Source: Macrostomum lignano
Lineage: Eukaryota
Assembly: GCA_002269645.1 (NCBI GenBank)
Contig: NIVC01002218.1
Coordinates: 46,504 to 110,503, forward strand
Direction of reading: 5' to 3'
DNA: 64,000 nucleotides
A model generated the notes under the pieces. That model saw only the letters and a program-made list of their open reading frames with translations. It was not told the origin of the DNA and ran no database searches. Below are positions 62,501 to 64,000 of the stretch, piece by piece; position 1 is the first letter of the stretch, and the number at the start of each line of letters is the position of its first letter. Made by a program: the position numbers and the translations under genes.

Positions 62501-64000
62501 AGGAGAGACAGGGAGAGAGTGAGGGGAGAGACAGGGAGAGAGTGAGGGGAGAGACAGGGAGAGAAAGTGAGGGGAGAGACAGGGAGAGAGTGAGGGGAGA
62601 GACTGGAGAGAGTGAGGAGAGACATGGAGAGAGTGAGGGGAGAGACATGGAGAGAGTGAGGAGAGACAGGGAGAGAGTGAGGGGAGAGACAGGGAGAGAG
62701 TGAGGGGAGAGACAGGGAGAGAGTGAGGGGAGAGACAGGGAGAGAGTGAGGGGAGAGACAGGGAGAGAGTGAGGGTAGAGGAAAGACATAGGGAGAGGGA
62801 GACAGGCAGAGACAGGAGAGACAGGAAAGGAAACAGAGGGGGGAGATAGAGGAGAAATCGGGAAAGAGTGGAGGAGAGGGAGGGAGGGTCAACACGTGCT
62901 CCTAGGCCCGACATTCCATGCTTGAACTCCCAATAAATGTGAACCTCTGACGTCAAGGTTAAGGTCGCAGCTGCCAAATTAAACTTACAAAAACTGCTGC
63001 CACAGACGCAAGAACTCGCGATGAAGAAACACTAAGAGGCTGATCTCCAACTGTGAGTCTGTCAACTGCTGACACTTCTCAACGCCCGAAGGTTCAGAAC
63101 TTTCGAGTCTGTTGATATCAGGAGAATTTAAGCTCATAGTTGAGGGTTTTGAAGATTCACAAAAGTAAAGCCCTTGGACTATTGATAAGATATTGCATTA
63201 GCCTTTAGAACTCACGAATGTCTAGTCTGTCCCTGTCTACTGGGACCTCTTTCATCACTAGGTGACTGTCTCTCTTTCTCTATCTCCCTATCCTCTCCTT
63301 AATTTTCTCTAATCTCTCTCCCTCTCCTCTCCCTCTCCTCTCCCTCTCCTCTCTCTCCCTCTCCTCTCCCTCTAATCTCTCTCCCTCTCCTCTCCCTCTC
63401 CTCTCCCTCTAATCTCTCTCCCTCTTCTCTCTCTCTAATCTCTCTCCTTCTCCTCTCTCTCTAATCTCTCCTCCTCTCCTCTCCCTCTAATCTCTCTCCC
63501 TCTCCTCTTTCTCTAATCTCTCTCTCTCCTCTCTCTTTAATCTCTCTGTCCCTCTCCTCTCTCCCTACTCAATCTTTTCTCTTCCTAGTCTCTTTACCTC
63601 TCCTCTCTCTAATCTCTCTCCCTGCTCTCTCCCTAAACTCTCTCCCTCTCCTCTCTCTTTTATCTCTCTGCTCTCTCCCTAATCTCTCTCTCCTTCTCCT
63701 CTCTCCCTCTATCGGTCAATCTTCCCCATTTGTCCTATCAAACAGCCTTTAAACCTCCTACTACACTGTATATTCCTACAGATCTTTCTAAACTGTCTTT
63801 CGCATCAGCAGGCTCCAATCCAGCCACATCTGCCCCCCACCCCTTGCTCCCCGCCGCTCACAGCCAGCGGATCCTGGCCGCCAGTCCACCGCCGACGCCG
63901 CCGACGCTGCCCCCTCTGACCGACAGCAGCAGGCGGTTCAGGGGCGACCCATAGCCCCTCAGCATCAGCTTGTCCAGAAGCTGAGAGTAGCTCCAGCCTC
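53547..64000 (-). CDS. Multi-EF-hand protein (EFCAB6-like); 5' part beyond the right window edge
   Basis: Phase-consistent minus-strand exons: (>64000)-63862, 61150-60965, 59439-59152, 57680-57559, 56792-56515, 54770-54682, 53934-53856, 53783-53547 (TGA). Repeated degenerate EF-hand pairs: EDPQRSGLVPAETY...VNYETFLQLF; GRVDWQAFQALL; FDPQGSGRVHQDCF...FDYLKFLAYF; SDPDRRNHVSRQRF...INYFKLV. The EFCAB6 label is by resemblance only. Confidence 0.8.
53982..54625 (+). repeat. 43-bp minisatellite (EF-hand gene intron)
   Basis: Unit GATCTAGACAGGCATCTAGACTTCAATCTAGACAGTAAATGCG, with three TCTAGA palindromes per unit. Confidence 0.95.
54980..55550 (+). repeat. C/A-rich low-complexity repeat
   Basis: CCAAACACCAACCCC-type units. 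Confidence 0.9.
55975..56453 (+). repeat. 20/26-bp minisatellite
   Basis: CACTGATCCAACTGAAGCTT and CACTGATCCAACTGAAGCTGAAGT-type units. Confidence 0.95.
56816..57450 (+). repeat. 20-bp minisatellite
   Basis: Unit GCTACATTACCTCACCTGAA. Confidence 0.97.
58175..59137 (+). repeat. CAGCCACAGA(A/C)-based complex repeat
   Basis: Short ACAG-rich units throughout. Confidence 0.95.
60225..60935 (+). repeat. 14-bp minisatellite
   Basis: AGTCTGAGTGA(T/C)(GG/AG) units. Confidence 0.95.
61215..62885 (+). repeat. GA-rich minisatellite
   Basis: GGGAGAGAGTGAGGGGAGAGACA-type units; a CT-rich tract follows at 63270-63710. Confidence 0.95.

Noticed and set aside
58054-62977. Long low-complexity ORFs (TATEQPQ, SLSPCLSP and similar)
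   Set aside because: These are intronic simple repeats of the EF-hand gene; only the short unique exons are supported.

Overview
This window is eukaryotic (metazoan) genomic DNA. GC3-rich exons sit between introns filled with minisatellites, and there are TTAGGG-like repeats; this style resembles the flatworm Macrostomum (inference only). By manual splice and phase assembly I find six spliced genes: (1) a DEG/ENaC channel on the minus strand, running off the left edge; (2) casein kinase 1 alpha; (3) SPT5; (4) a LicD/fukutin-family transferase; (5) a class A peptide-type GPCR; (6) a multi-EF-hand EFCAB6-like gene running off the right edge. The most striking feature is the DEG/ENaC channel. 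Its finger region carries two six-cysteine kringle modules, and a complete WSC domain is nested inside the first kringle. An AT-rich block at about 7.4-23.5 kb holds a CpG-decayed mariner and several non-autonomous TIR elements with exact 8-bp TSDs. SPT5 intron 2 holds a Ty3/Gypsy element with gag inverted relative to pol and only one LTR. SPT5 exon 5 is flanked by the same minisatellite in opposite orientations. Three genes or ORFs show single-base frameshifts that look like assembly errors. All exon coordinates were worked out by hand and may be off by a few bases.
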